Origin: Eledone cirrhosa
Taxonomy: Eukaryota
DNA: 64,000 nucleotides
Direction: 5' to 3'
NCBI GenBank assembly: GCA_964016885.1
Contig: OZ024740.1
Span: 91,202,001-91,266,000 of the forward strand
Shown: positions 53,301 to 64,000 of the stretch, one piece after another
Position numbering within the stretch: the first letter of the stretch is position 1
Layout: each line of letters opens with the position of its first letter
Made by a program: the position numbers and the translations under genes
The notes under the pieces: generated by a model
What the model saw: only the letters and a program-made list of their open reading frames with translations
What the model was told of the DNA's origin: nothing
Database searches by the model: none

Positions 53301-56300
53301 TACACAGACCACAAATTTGTGATCTGTGAGATCGACATAGACAGACTTCATTGACAATGGCCGGGTTACTGGAAGCTGAACGCGTCTTTCCCGGCGCGCA
53401 AGGACTTCAGTGACCGGATTATCGTATTAGTTAAGCGGGCGTTGACGGGAGCGGTCTTCAACGACAGGTGGTGGTTTGCCCTGAAAAGGGCAATTAAAGT
53501 AGAGTCGATTAGGTTTAGCAAAGGAGTAGTGATAGAGGAAAATAGAGTAGAGGGAGAGCTAGTCAGAAAGCTAGAAGAGGCGTTTAGGACAGGCATCGCA
53601 AACGACGTGCTTGCTGCGAGATTGGCACTCGACCAATTCTTTAACGCAAAACACGAAGGCTGCGTTGTCAGAGCTAGAGCGCGTGCTCTGAAACACGAGG
53701 GACAAAAGCCGTCTAATGGGCCCTGGTCGTAGAGGCGCGACGTGGCAATAAAGCCAAAATTCGGTCTTTGTCTGACCAAAACGGGTACGTGATGCTCGAA
53801 CCCGAGCGGATGTGTGAAGCTTTTCAGCAGCACTTTGCTGAACTGTTCGGGAGCGGCGGCGGCCCGGTTCGGGACATGGACTTCAGTGCATACCTAGACG
53901 GACTGCCTTAGCTCTCGACGACCGCAGCACAGTGTTGCGAAAAGCCAATAACAGCCGGTGAAATACGAGAAGCGATGGCTAACTGCACAAGAGGTAAATC
54001 GGCAGGTTTAGATGGTCTGCTCTTCGAGCTTTATGCATTTATGCCAGACTTGTTCGGTTACCTGTTGTCAGACGTCTACTGCAACTGGCAGCAGAACAGG
54101 AGCATTCCCAGTTTTGTGAGCCGGGGAGCAGTGCCGCTGCTGAGAAAAGACCCGAACAAGGGGGATGTTATTGATAATTTCAGGCCCATAACTCTGCTAA
54201 ACGCAGAGTTCAAGATTTTGGCCAAGGTGTTAGCAACGAGGTTGGCGCTTGTCCTCAAGGGTCTGGTGGGAGAGGCGCAGACATGCGCCATGCCGGACAG
54301 ATCCATACACGACAACCTCCACCTCATGAGATACATCATAGAGAGGGTGGTTAAAGAACCTGGCAAGGGTGGGGCCCTCATCAACTTGGATCAATCCAAA
54401 GCATTCGATATGGTCGACCATCGGTACCTGGCGGCGGACCTCGAGGCAGCCGGTTTCGGGCCCGTTTTCAGGCGTTGGATGGCAGCAATGTACAGCGACA
54501 TCTGCTCAGTTGTGAGGGTGAACGGTCAACAATCGCAGCCGTTCAGCATCATGCGCACAGTCCGCCAGGGTTGTCCCCTCTCGTCCCTCTTATTACATAT
54601 TGGCTCTCAAGCAGTTACTGCACAAACTGGGGGCGATGAGGGGCGTCCGACGCGAACTAGAATGCGGGAAATCGGAGTCGGCTTACGCTGACGACGTCAC
54701 CGTGGTAGTTTGGAGCACCAGACACGTCCAGATGCTCGGCACCGCTCTCAAGGAATACGAAACGGTGACAGGATCAAAGATAAACCAGGAAAAGTCGGTG
54801 GCTTGCAGCCTGGCACCTGGAGAGCCAAGTCCATGCCGTACGACAGCGTCGCGGGGCGGTGGACGGACGGACCGGTTAAATTGCTCGGGGTCTGGTTCGG
54901 ACCGAACCTCCAGATGGAGAAAAACTGGGACGAGGTGACGAGCAGTGTGGCCTCCCTCACCCAGAAATGTGCTGAGAGGAAGCTGTCCCTGAAAGGCCGG
55001 GCGGAGGTGGCGAATGCGTACATCGTATCCGTCATCTGCTACCGCCTCACCGTCATCCCTTGCTCCAGCCCAACTCTCACCAAAATGGAGCGCCTCTTCT
55101 TCCGCTCTTTGTGGAAGGACGCGCTCCCATGGTCAGACGATCCATCTGCTGTCAACACCCGTTGCGTGGAGTCTGGGCATGCCATGGCTGATGATGCGCA
55201 AACATGCGCTGAGGCTGGGACATCTCTGGTGCTTCCTTGATGGTGAACGGCTGTGGTCGCCGTTCACCAGGCACATTTTCCCACAGCTCGTCTCCTTGAC
55301 GGAGCTGCAGTCCTGGGTCATAACAAGACCGAGGGATAGCGCTTGGAAACTGGAATGTCTCCAGGCGCTCACTGCCCTCTCCCAGTTGGGCACCAGTATC
55401 GGTGGAACATCCACCTCGGCGTTCTATAGAGGACTAGTGGAGGGGAAGAGCGACGACGTTCTCGGAGAGATCCTGGGCGTCGAAGAAGATCAGCTGCTTG
55501 CTCTCTTCCGGAGAACTTTCAGCCCGGGGCCTATGGATAACTTCCAAAAATCCCTGGCCTGGCAGTGCTGCCGGGGAGCGCTGGCGGTTCGAGATAAGCT
55601 CTACAGGCACGGAACTACCGTCAGCCGAGCCTGTCCGAGATCCGCACATAGCGACGAAACCGTTGTGCACGCACTCGTTCAGTGCCCGAGCATTGCTGAC
55701 TTGTGGAGCTATGTCGAACAGTTGCTGTCACGTGTGGGTCTGATCCGGTTGTCGACTGAGTCCATTGTGCAAATGGTCTCGCCGTCTTCCTTTGAGGAGG
55801 AAGGGCAGGCGGTTTTCATCTGGCTGGTGGCCATGGCGAAAGAGATTGTGTGGTAGACATGGTTAAAAGGATTAAAGACAAACACTTTCCTCCCCGGGGA
55901 TAATCGCTGATTAACTTTTTCAAGTTTCACTTGTAGAGGAAAATCAGGGTGGAGAGGCAAGTGCTGCTTTCTAGCAAGTTTGTTGAAAGGTGGGTGAATA
56001 TACGTCTTTAGTTTGAGAGAGGACTCTTGCCCTGGTAGTCCGGGTGGCCGTGGTCTTTTGTGTGGTTTTCGCCACGAGTAACCCTCGGAGGCTTCCCCCC
56101 TATTGGGGAATTTTTCATTGTTTCAATTTGCATGTTATTGTTTATATATATATATATATGTTTTATGTCTTTTTTCTTTTCTTATATAAATAATAAAATC
56201 TTTACACGCACAAAACTCACATCGTACCGTCCTGTTCCGTCTGTAATGTTTTTCATGATGTCAGCCCTTGTGGCCAATAAAGAAATCATTATTATTATTA

Positions 56301-56311
56301 TTATTATTATT
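50345..56311 (+). mobile_element. Full-length degenerate Tx1-like element, subfamily C
   Basis: ORF1 from ATG 50558 to about 52621 (frameshifted; CYPCGSKGHLRAFC; 36-bp tandem repeat at about 50773-50920). ORF2 from about 52654 with many stops and frameshifts. AATAAA plus (ATT)n tail. Confidence 0.9.
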
Positions 56312-59300
56312 GAATGCTATGGTTGACGGAGGCTTGGCTCTGTAAGGTATTGTACATTTTGACCGCTATGACAATTGTAAATTGTTTAAAACTTTGACCA
56401 ACTTGTAGACACAAACACCTTCCTCCTCATGAGAGGGGTCTTTCTGCCCGTTATTTGGCCCTTCGGGGTTAATAACCGCCTATTGGGGTTTTGTGCCCAA
56501 TATTTATTTTACACAAAAAAACAACATGGCTACGATAAAGAAGTTTCATAGGTCACTCCCACTCATTCCGTCTTCTTCCTCAATCGTCACTACAGCAGAG
56601 AGATGATTGTCTCTCTCCCTCCCTTCTCTAAATGTGTCTCTCTCCCTCCCTTCTCTTTCGCAAGCGACGCCAGAAAAGAAAAATCACGTGCAAAGCGAGC
56701 AAAATTTCTCCACGACGACGACGACAACGACGAAACAGGTGTGCGGGAAATACGAAAACCCATTTCATTCGTCTGACGTAAGGAATAATAGCAGTAGCAG
56801 CCGTAATAACAGCAGCAACAGTGACACGGAAAACAACAGTAGCAGCCGCAACAGCATCAGCAGCACCATAAACAACAAAAGCATTAGCAGCAACAACAAC
56901 AGCAGCAGCAGCAACAACAACAGCAACCACAGCAACAGCGGCGGCGGCAGTAGTCGTAGTACCTGCAGTAACAACAAAAGTAACAGCAGCTCTGACGACA
57001 ACAACAACAACAACAGCAGCAAAGAAAAACCAATCTTGTTTGCAGGTATCGCAAAGAACCTGGAAACCATCCTCATAACAAATGAGGAATTAGAGGAAGC
57101 GAAGAAGATGGTGACAAAAACTGGACACCGAGCAATCTGCAAGGCAGCGGAAACATTTTTCGAAACCCAACAGCACTGTAGGGTCACGTACCGTACAGTA
57201 AGTACAAAATCCCGTAGGGTTGAAAGAGCCACAGAGGCTCAAATGCGAAAAGCCTTGGGGGTCTGTGTGGCAGCGGAAAATGCACATCACCCGAGGCAAG
57301 AAATATGCTACCGTAGACGTACTTTTTGCCACACCCCAGGAGGCAAAGGCTCAATCCTTAGTGACCCTAAGGAGCGGGGAAATGGTGTTGGTACCCTCCT
57401 ACTGCGGGGAAAAAATTGTGAGGGTCAAACTGACCCACGTTCCCTCCCGGCATTGCCCCTTCTTGGCTGGGCGCGTCTGTCCTCTTTGGAATCGAGGACA
57501 AAACAACTCTACTGCAAGTACAGAAAAAAGTAAGAGAAGATTGGGTCGGCATCTCCATTGAGATGTTAATCCAAACCAACCAGGATTGCATCGAAGCTAT
57601 CCCGGATGTGATAGACTTAGATAACGGCACTCAACTGCCCATACGTGTTGAGGGCAAACGCCCGAAATGCTTTCTCTGTGGATCGAAAACTCACCCCAGA
57701 GCCTTCTGCAACGAGAAGACCCTGAGAAAGGAGAAAACCCCCCTCCTTCCGAAACCGGTTCCACGGCTACCAGCAACAGGACAAGCGGCAACCAGGAACG
57801 ATAGGTCCGTGGCACCCATACCAACGCCACGGAAATCAAAAACAGCAGCAGCAGTGGAAGTATTAACAACAACAACAGCAATACCAAATGCAGCTGCAAC
57901 AGAGACTCCAGACCAACAACAACAAGTGAAAGAGTGGAGCTGGTACCATCCCCGACCTCACAGAATCAGACATGGAGTGTGAGGTGGGAGAGGGATGGCA
58001 AAAGGTCGTCAGAAGGCACAAACGCAGAGGCAGCGCATCGTCGCCTTTGAAAATGAGGAAAGAAATGAAAAAAGTGTAAAGGCTACTGCAAAGAGACTCA
58101 CAGCAGCAACACCACCAACACAATCACCACCCACACTAGCACCACCATCACCACCGGCGACAACCCCACCGCCAACAACACCTTCAACACCACCACCACA
58201 GGCACCAACATCGCTAACACTACGACAAAACACACACACCCAGCAACAACGACAAGAAAATAGCAGAACCACACCCCGCCCCCAGAAAAACAAATGCACG
58301 GCAATAAATACACACAACAAGAAACTAATGACTTACATAATTGAACACACAGACATTTCACAACACGACTACATAATACCAGCACCAATCAAAACGCCAA
58401 CTAACATAAGACTGCTAAAAATAGCACAGAAACAATACACAAACATTAAAACGAAATTCCCCAACGCAGTTGGTTATTTCAGAGACCTAGGAGGCACACT
58501 CAACCGAAGAGTATATTCGGACATACTCATAGAAGAGCCGACGACCAGCCGAAGGGACGATTCAACGGTCCCTTCACCAGACGATCAAGTGAAAAGGCAT
58601 GGAAAAACCATGCCTCCTCTACGAAAAGTACGGTAAGTGGTCTTTCCCATCTTTTCCACTGTATTTGAAACAAGACCTCACTCCAAATAGGCAGCATAAA
58701 TGCGCGTGGATTGGGGTCGTCATGGAAGCAGGGTCACCTGCTCAACGACCTCAGGTCCCTAAACATAGATGTAGTGACCATCAGCGAGACCAGAATCTCC
58801 GAAGCACGGGTCTTCGCACCGATCTTCGGCGGCTACGGATCGGGGGGAGGAGTTGCTGTGCTTTTTCGGAGAGGTTTGGATCTCGCCATACGGGCCATCT
58901 TCCTGGACCCAAAGGGTAAGTTGGTGGTGCTGGACGTGACCAGCGGAGACGGGCAAGCTTTCAGGCTAGTGGTTGTCTATGCCCCGACAGGAGCAGGGTG
59001 GCCTGATTTCTTCCGGCGTCTGGAGACCTTTCTTGAAACGTCCAGCTCTAAAGTGTTAGTGGGTGACTGGAACGGCATCTTAGATGCACGCTGGAACTGT
59101 GTGGGATTAGCGGATAGGGGTGGAGAGTGCAAGAGCCTCACCAACCTGGTCAGGCGTTTTGAACTGTCTGACAGGTACCGACTGGATTTCCCGAATGTGC
59201 CAATGCGGACTTGGACAAATCGCATAGGGTCATCCAATAATATCTAGATAGAGTATTTTGTAGGGAAATAGATAGATCTAGCATAGGCTCTCCACAATTC

Positions 59301-62232
59301 AAAATAGTCAGCTACACGGACCACACATTCGTTATCTGTGTGCTTGCCTTAGATAGGCTTCATAGACGAGGACCCGGCTACTGGAAGCTAAACACGTCCT
59401 TACCAGCGGGCAATGTCTACAGAGACCGGATTAGCGAACTAGTTAAGCGAACGTTGACGGGGGTCATAGTCTACAACAAGTGGTGGTTACTCTGAAAAGA
59501 GCGATTAGAATAGAGTCCATTAGGTTTCGTAAGGATTTAGCAATAGATAAAAATAGAGCAGAGGGAGAACTAGTTAAAAAATTAGACGAAAGGCTTGGCA
59601 AAGGCATCGCGATCAACTTACTTGCGGCAAAATTGGCCCTTGACCAATTCTTCAATGCAAATCACGAAGGCTGCATTGTCAGAGCTTGTGTACGCGCTCT
59701 CAGACACGAGGAGACGAAAGCCGTTCAATGGGCCCGAGCGGCGGAGGCGCGTCGTGGCAACAAAGCAACGATCCGGTCTTTGGTGGACCACGACCGGCGC
59801 ATGCTACTCAATCCGGGACAAATGTGTGAAGCTTTTAAGCTACACTTCGCTCAGCTGTTCGGGGACAGCGACGGGCGGGATCGAGGATTGGACTCTAGTG
59901 TCTACCTCGACGGACTGCCGCGGCTCTCTGCTATTGAGTGTTCCGAAAAGCAGATAAAAGCCACTGAAGTACAGAAGGCAATGACAGGCTGCGCAAGTGG
60001 TAAATCGCCTGGATTGAATGGTCTGCCATATGAACTTTACCTACAAATGCCAGACCTGTTCGGAGGTCTTTGGCGGACGTCTACTGAAACTGGCGACAGA
60101 ACGGGAGAATTTCCAGCTCTGTGAGACGAGGAGCGGTGGCGCTGCTGAGAAATGATCTGAACAAGGGGGATAACATGCATAATTTCAGGCCCATAACTCT
60201 GCTAAACGCAGAGTTCAAGATTTTGGCCAAAGTGCTAGAAAAGAGGTTGGCGCTTGTCGTTGGTGGTGTGGTGGGTAAGGCGCAGACATCCACAATACCC
60301 GACAGATCCATCCAAGACAACCTTCGCCTCATGCGATTCATCGTGGAGAGGCAAGCTAGGGAACCTGGCATTGGTGGGTCATTGATCAATGTATATCAAT
60401 CGAAAGCATTCGATAGGGTGACCAACGTTACCTAGCGGCAGTCCTGAGGGCGGCTGGCTTTGGGCCCGTCTTCAGAGGCTGGATCGTTGCCATGTACAGC
60501 GACATCTGCTCTGTGGTGAGAGTGAACGGTCACCTTTCGGAACTGTTCAACATCATGCGCTCGGTCCACCAAGGATGTCACCTCTCGTCCCTCTTGTACG
60601 CATTCACTCTAGCATATACTGCACCAACTGGAGACGTTGAGGGGTGTACCGCTTGAAGTATGATGCGGAATATCCGTGTCAGCATATGCGGATAATGTCT
60701 CCGTAGTGGTGTCGAAGGCCAAACACATCGAGGCGATTGGCACTACACTAAGAGAATACGAAGCGGTGATAGGAGCAATGATCAACCAGGAAATGTCAGT
60801 GGGCCTGCAGCTGGACGGACGGACCGGAAAATTGCTAGGGTTCTGGTTCGCTCCGGACCTCCAGATGGACAAAAACTGGGACGAGATGACGAGTAGGGTG
60901 GCTTCTCTCACCCAGAAATGAGCGGAGGTGGCTAACGCATCATCGCGTCCGTCATCTACTACCGCTTGACCGTCGTACCTTCTCCTACGCCTGCCCTGAC
61001 TGCGCTGGAGCGTTTGCTATTTCGCTTTTTGTGGAATGGACGCGCACTCCGATGATCAGGAGGTCTATCTAATGTAACACCGGCTACATGGAGGGCTGGC
61101 ATGCCGTGGCTAATGATGTGCAGACATGCGCACAGGCTATGACATCTCCACCTCTTCCTCGACGGTGATCAGGTGGGGTCGCCGTTTGCTAGACGCTCTT
61201 TCCCCAGCTCGTCTCCTTGACGGAGCTGCAGTCCTGGGTCAAGCGAAGACCGAGAGGGAGTTCTTGGAGACTGGAATGTCTTTAGGCGCACACAGCCCTC
61301 GACCAATCGGGCAATGTGATCGGTGGAAACTACAGCTTGGCGTTCTATAGATGATTAGTGGAGGGGAAGCGACTACGTACTTGGGGAACACTAGGCGTCG
61401 ACGAAAATCAACTAGCCAATCTCGTCGGAAGAACTTTCGGGCCGGGGCCTATGGACAACTTCCAGAAATCCCTGGCCTGCCAGTGCTACCGAGGAGCTTT
61501 TCCAGTTCGGGATACACTCTATAAGCATGGGGTGCCGTCAGCCGGGCATGTCCGAGATGCGCGCATGGCGACGAAACAGTCCTGCACGCACTCGTCCAGT
61601 GTCCGAGCATCGCCGACTTGTGGGTTTATGTCGAACACCTGCTGTCGCGTGTAGGACGGATCCAGCTATCTGCCGAGTCCATCGTGAGGATTGCTCCGCC
61701 CTCTTAGCCGGGAAGGGCAGGACATTTTTATCTGTCTGGTGGCCATGGCGAAATAGATAGAATGGTGGACACGTTTGAAAGGGCTGAAGGCGAGCACATA
61801 CCTCTTCGGTGATGCCCTGATTAACTTTTTCAAATTTCATTTGAAGAGGAAAATCAGGGTAGAGAGGGAAGTGCTCTCTTCCCAGCATTTTGTTGAAAGA
61901 TGGGTGAGAGAGGCAAGAATGGCCCGAGTGAATGGGCCTACGCTGAGTATGTGTCTGTAAATAAAAGGTGGAAAACTGGGAGAGGGCACTTGCCCCGGTG
62001 GTCAGGGTCTCTGTAACTTTTTAATGGGCTTTCTCCACGAATGTCCATCTGAAGTCTCCCCCCTCCCCACCCCCCTGGAGAATTTTTCATTTTTATTTTT
62101 TTGTTTCATCCTCTGTTTTGTTTTTTTTTACACGTAGAAATGCCCATTTGTACCATCCTGTATTGTTATGTATTCTCCTGTACTGTCATTAATATCTTAC
62201 TTTGTGTAAATCCTTGTGGTTAATAAAGAAAG

Positions 62233-62264
<32 letters not shown>
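56312..62264 (+). mobile_element. Full-length degenerate Tx1-like element, subfamily A (older copy)
   Basis: Colinear with 39273-45325 from the first base; many indels and stops; (ATT)n tail 62234-62264. Confidence 0.92.
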
Positions 62265-62265
<1 letters not shown>

Positions 62266-62321
62266 ATACATTCTCCGGTACAAATTGCAAGTATAATTGT
62301 ATGATGGCATTGCATTATTAA

Positions 62322-63254
62322 GCTCACAGCCCTCGACCAATCGGGCAATGTGATCGGTGGAAACTCCACCTTGGCGTTCTATAGGGGATTAGTGGAGGGG
62401 AAGAGCGACGACGTACTTGGAGAAACTCTAGGCGTCGACGAAAATCAACTAGCCAATCTCTTCGGAAGGACTTTCGGGCCGGGGCCTATGGACAACTTCC
62501 AGAAATCCCTGGCCTGGCAGTGCTACCGAGGAGCTTTGCCAGTTCGGGATAAACTCTACAGGCATGGAGGTGCCGTCAGCCGGGCATGTCCGAGATGCGC
62601 GCAGGGCGACGAAACCGTCCTGCACGCACTCGTCCAGTGTCCGAGCATTGCTGACTTGTGGGTTTATGTCGAACACATGCTGTCACGTGTAGGACGGATC
62701 CGGCTATCAGCTGAGTCCATCGTGAGGATTGCCCCGCCCCCTTCCTTTAGCCTGGAAGGGCAGGCAGTTTTTATCTGTCTGGTGGCCATGGCGAAAGAGA
62801 TAGTATGGTGGACACGTTTGAAAGGGCTGAAGACGAGCACTTACCTCTTCGGTGATGCCCTGATTAACTTTTTCAAATTTCATTTGAAAAGGAAAATCAG
62901 GGTAGAGAGGGAAGTGCTCTCTTCCCAGCATTTTGTTGAAAGATGGGTGAGAGAAGCAAGTATGGCCCGAATGAATGGGCCTTCTCTGAGTATGTGTCTG
63001 TAAATTAAAGGTGGAAAACTGGGAGAGGGCACTTGCCCTGGTGGTCAGGGCCACTGTGGTCTTTTAATGGGCTTTCTCCACAAATGTCCCTTGGAAGTCT
63101 CCCCCCTATTGGGGAATTTTTCTTTGTTATTTTATTTCAACCTCTGTTTTTTTTACACGCAGAAATGCCCATTTGTACCGTCCTGTAATGTCCTGTACTG
63201 TCCTTAATGTCTACTTTATGTGAACCCTTGTGGTTAATAAAGAAAACATTATTA
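62322..63254 (+). mobile_element. 5'-truncated Tx1-like subfamily A copy with target-site duplication
   Basis: ORF 62350-63003 is the ORF2 C-terminus. ATTATTAAGCT occurs at 62314-62324 and 63248-63258. Confidence 0.9.
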
Positions 63255-63739
63255 AGCTATGTGTATTTTGTGTGCGTTATAGATCTTGCATACATTCATG
63301 CACACAGAATCACACCTTTACACGAGTCAATGACCGATGCATGCATACACCTACACACATGCAGGCATACCCTGTATGGTAAACACTGTTAGCAGCCGGA
63401 GGCGGTGTTGTTCGTTACGTTCCGATTGACAGGCAGGTATCTTGTGCCGGACTGCGTCTGGCCTTTGGGGTGTCATGCTTTTTCGTGGTTTAATGTGTTG
63501 TTTGTTTAATGATTTGTTTGTGTTGTGTGTTGTTATCATTTTTAATAAGCACTCTAGCAAATATACATAAATGTGTTATTATTGTACCATGGCTATTATT
63601 ATGTAATGAGTACATCGTGCCAGACTGTAGCTTGTCTTCAGTGTGTTAAGCGTTTACTTGTTAAATCTGTTGTTTGTTTAGTGTTTTATTTAAGTGATGT
63701 ATGTTGAGGTCTAATTGGTCGGTGGTGTGCGTAGTTGGT

Positions 63740-64000
63740 TAATTTTGGAAATGTGTGTCATATGCTGATCTGCTGTTGATGTTTGGTGTTATTTTGTTAA
63801 TGATGATCGCTTCCTTAATTTCCTAATTTCGGTTTCTTGCTTCAATCGGAACTGTTGTGTTTTACTTGTTGTTTCTACATTTCCCTATGTGTTTCTTTAA
63901 GGATGAGTTATGTGTGCTTAAGTGTCCCTCAATGCAGATTTGTAGTGCTCTGATAGTGCTACTAATGTGAAAATCCCTACATTTATCACATTGAATCTGG
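63740..64000 (-). mobile_element. Penelope-like GIY-YIG 3' fragment (continues off the right edge)
   Basis: Minus strand QIQCDKCRDFHISSTIRALQICIEGHL..., then EIKEAIIINKITPNIN, fitting the Y.I.C..C...YIG.T.R.L..RI.EH / E...I....P.LN pattern. Confidence 0.6.

Noticed and set aside
63560-63650. CTGAAGA hammerhead start in the 3' region of the right-edge Penelope fragment
   Set aside because: No downstream GAAA or cleavage triplet in a workable fold.

Overview
Repeat-dominated, AT- and microsatellite-rich animal DNA; a cephalopod/mollusc origin is inferred only from the repeat style, and I cannot support any host gene. Two arrays (1-9.5 kb and about 30.5-63.3 kb) consist almost entirely of non-LTR retrotransposons joined by (ATT/TAA)n tracts. 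One component is at least three subfamilies (A, B, C) of Tx1-like L1-group elements (gag-knuckle ORF1; APE-RT-zinc-finger ORF2), which always read in the (ATT)n sense. The other is two divergent R4/Dong-like single-ORF RT-RLE families, which always read in the (TAA)n sense. The two clades therefore share one microsatellite target in opposite polarity, giving head-to-head and tail-to-tail junctions. The two R4/Dong families share a very similar 5' module despite divergent ORFs. All two-ORF Tx1 copies carry a GGTAAGT + pyrimidine-tract motif at the ORF1 stop. The 13-30 kb interval holds Penelope-like (GIY-YIG) remnants and several long palindromes with type I hammerhead ribozyme cores on both arms; three other hammerheads or hammerhead-like cores are U3-A8 variants. 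It also holds two non-autonomous Helitrons carrying a CRE retrotransposon fragment, a tRNA-SINE, an RTE fragment and a mariner-like MITE. All alignments and folds were done by eye.
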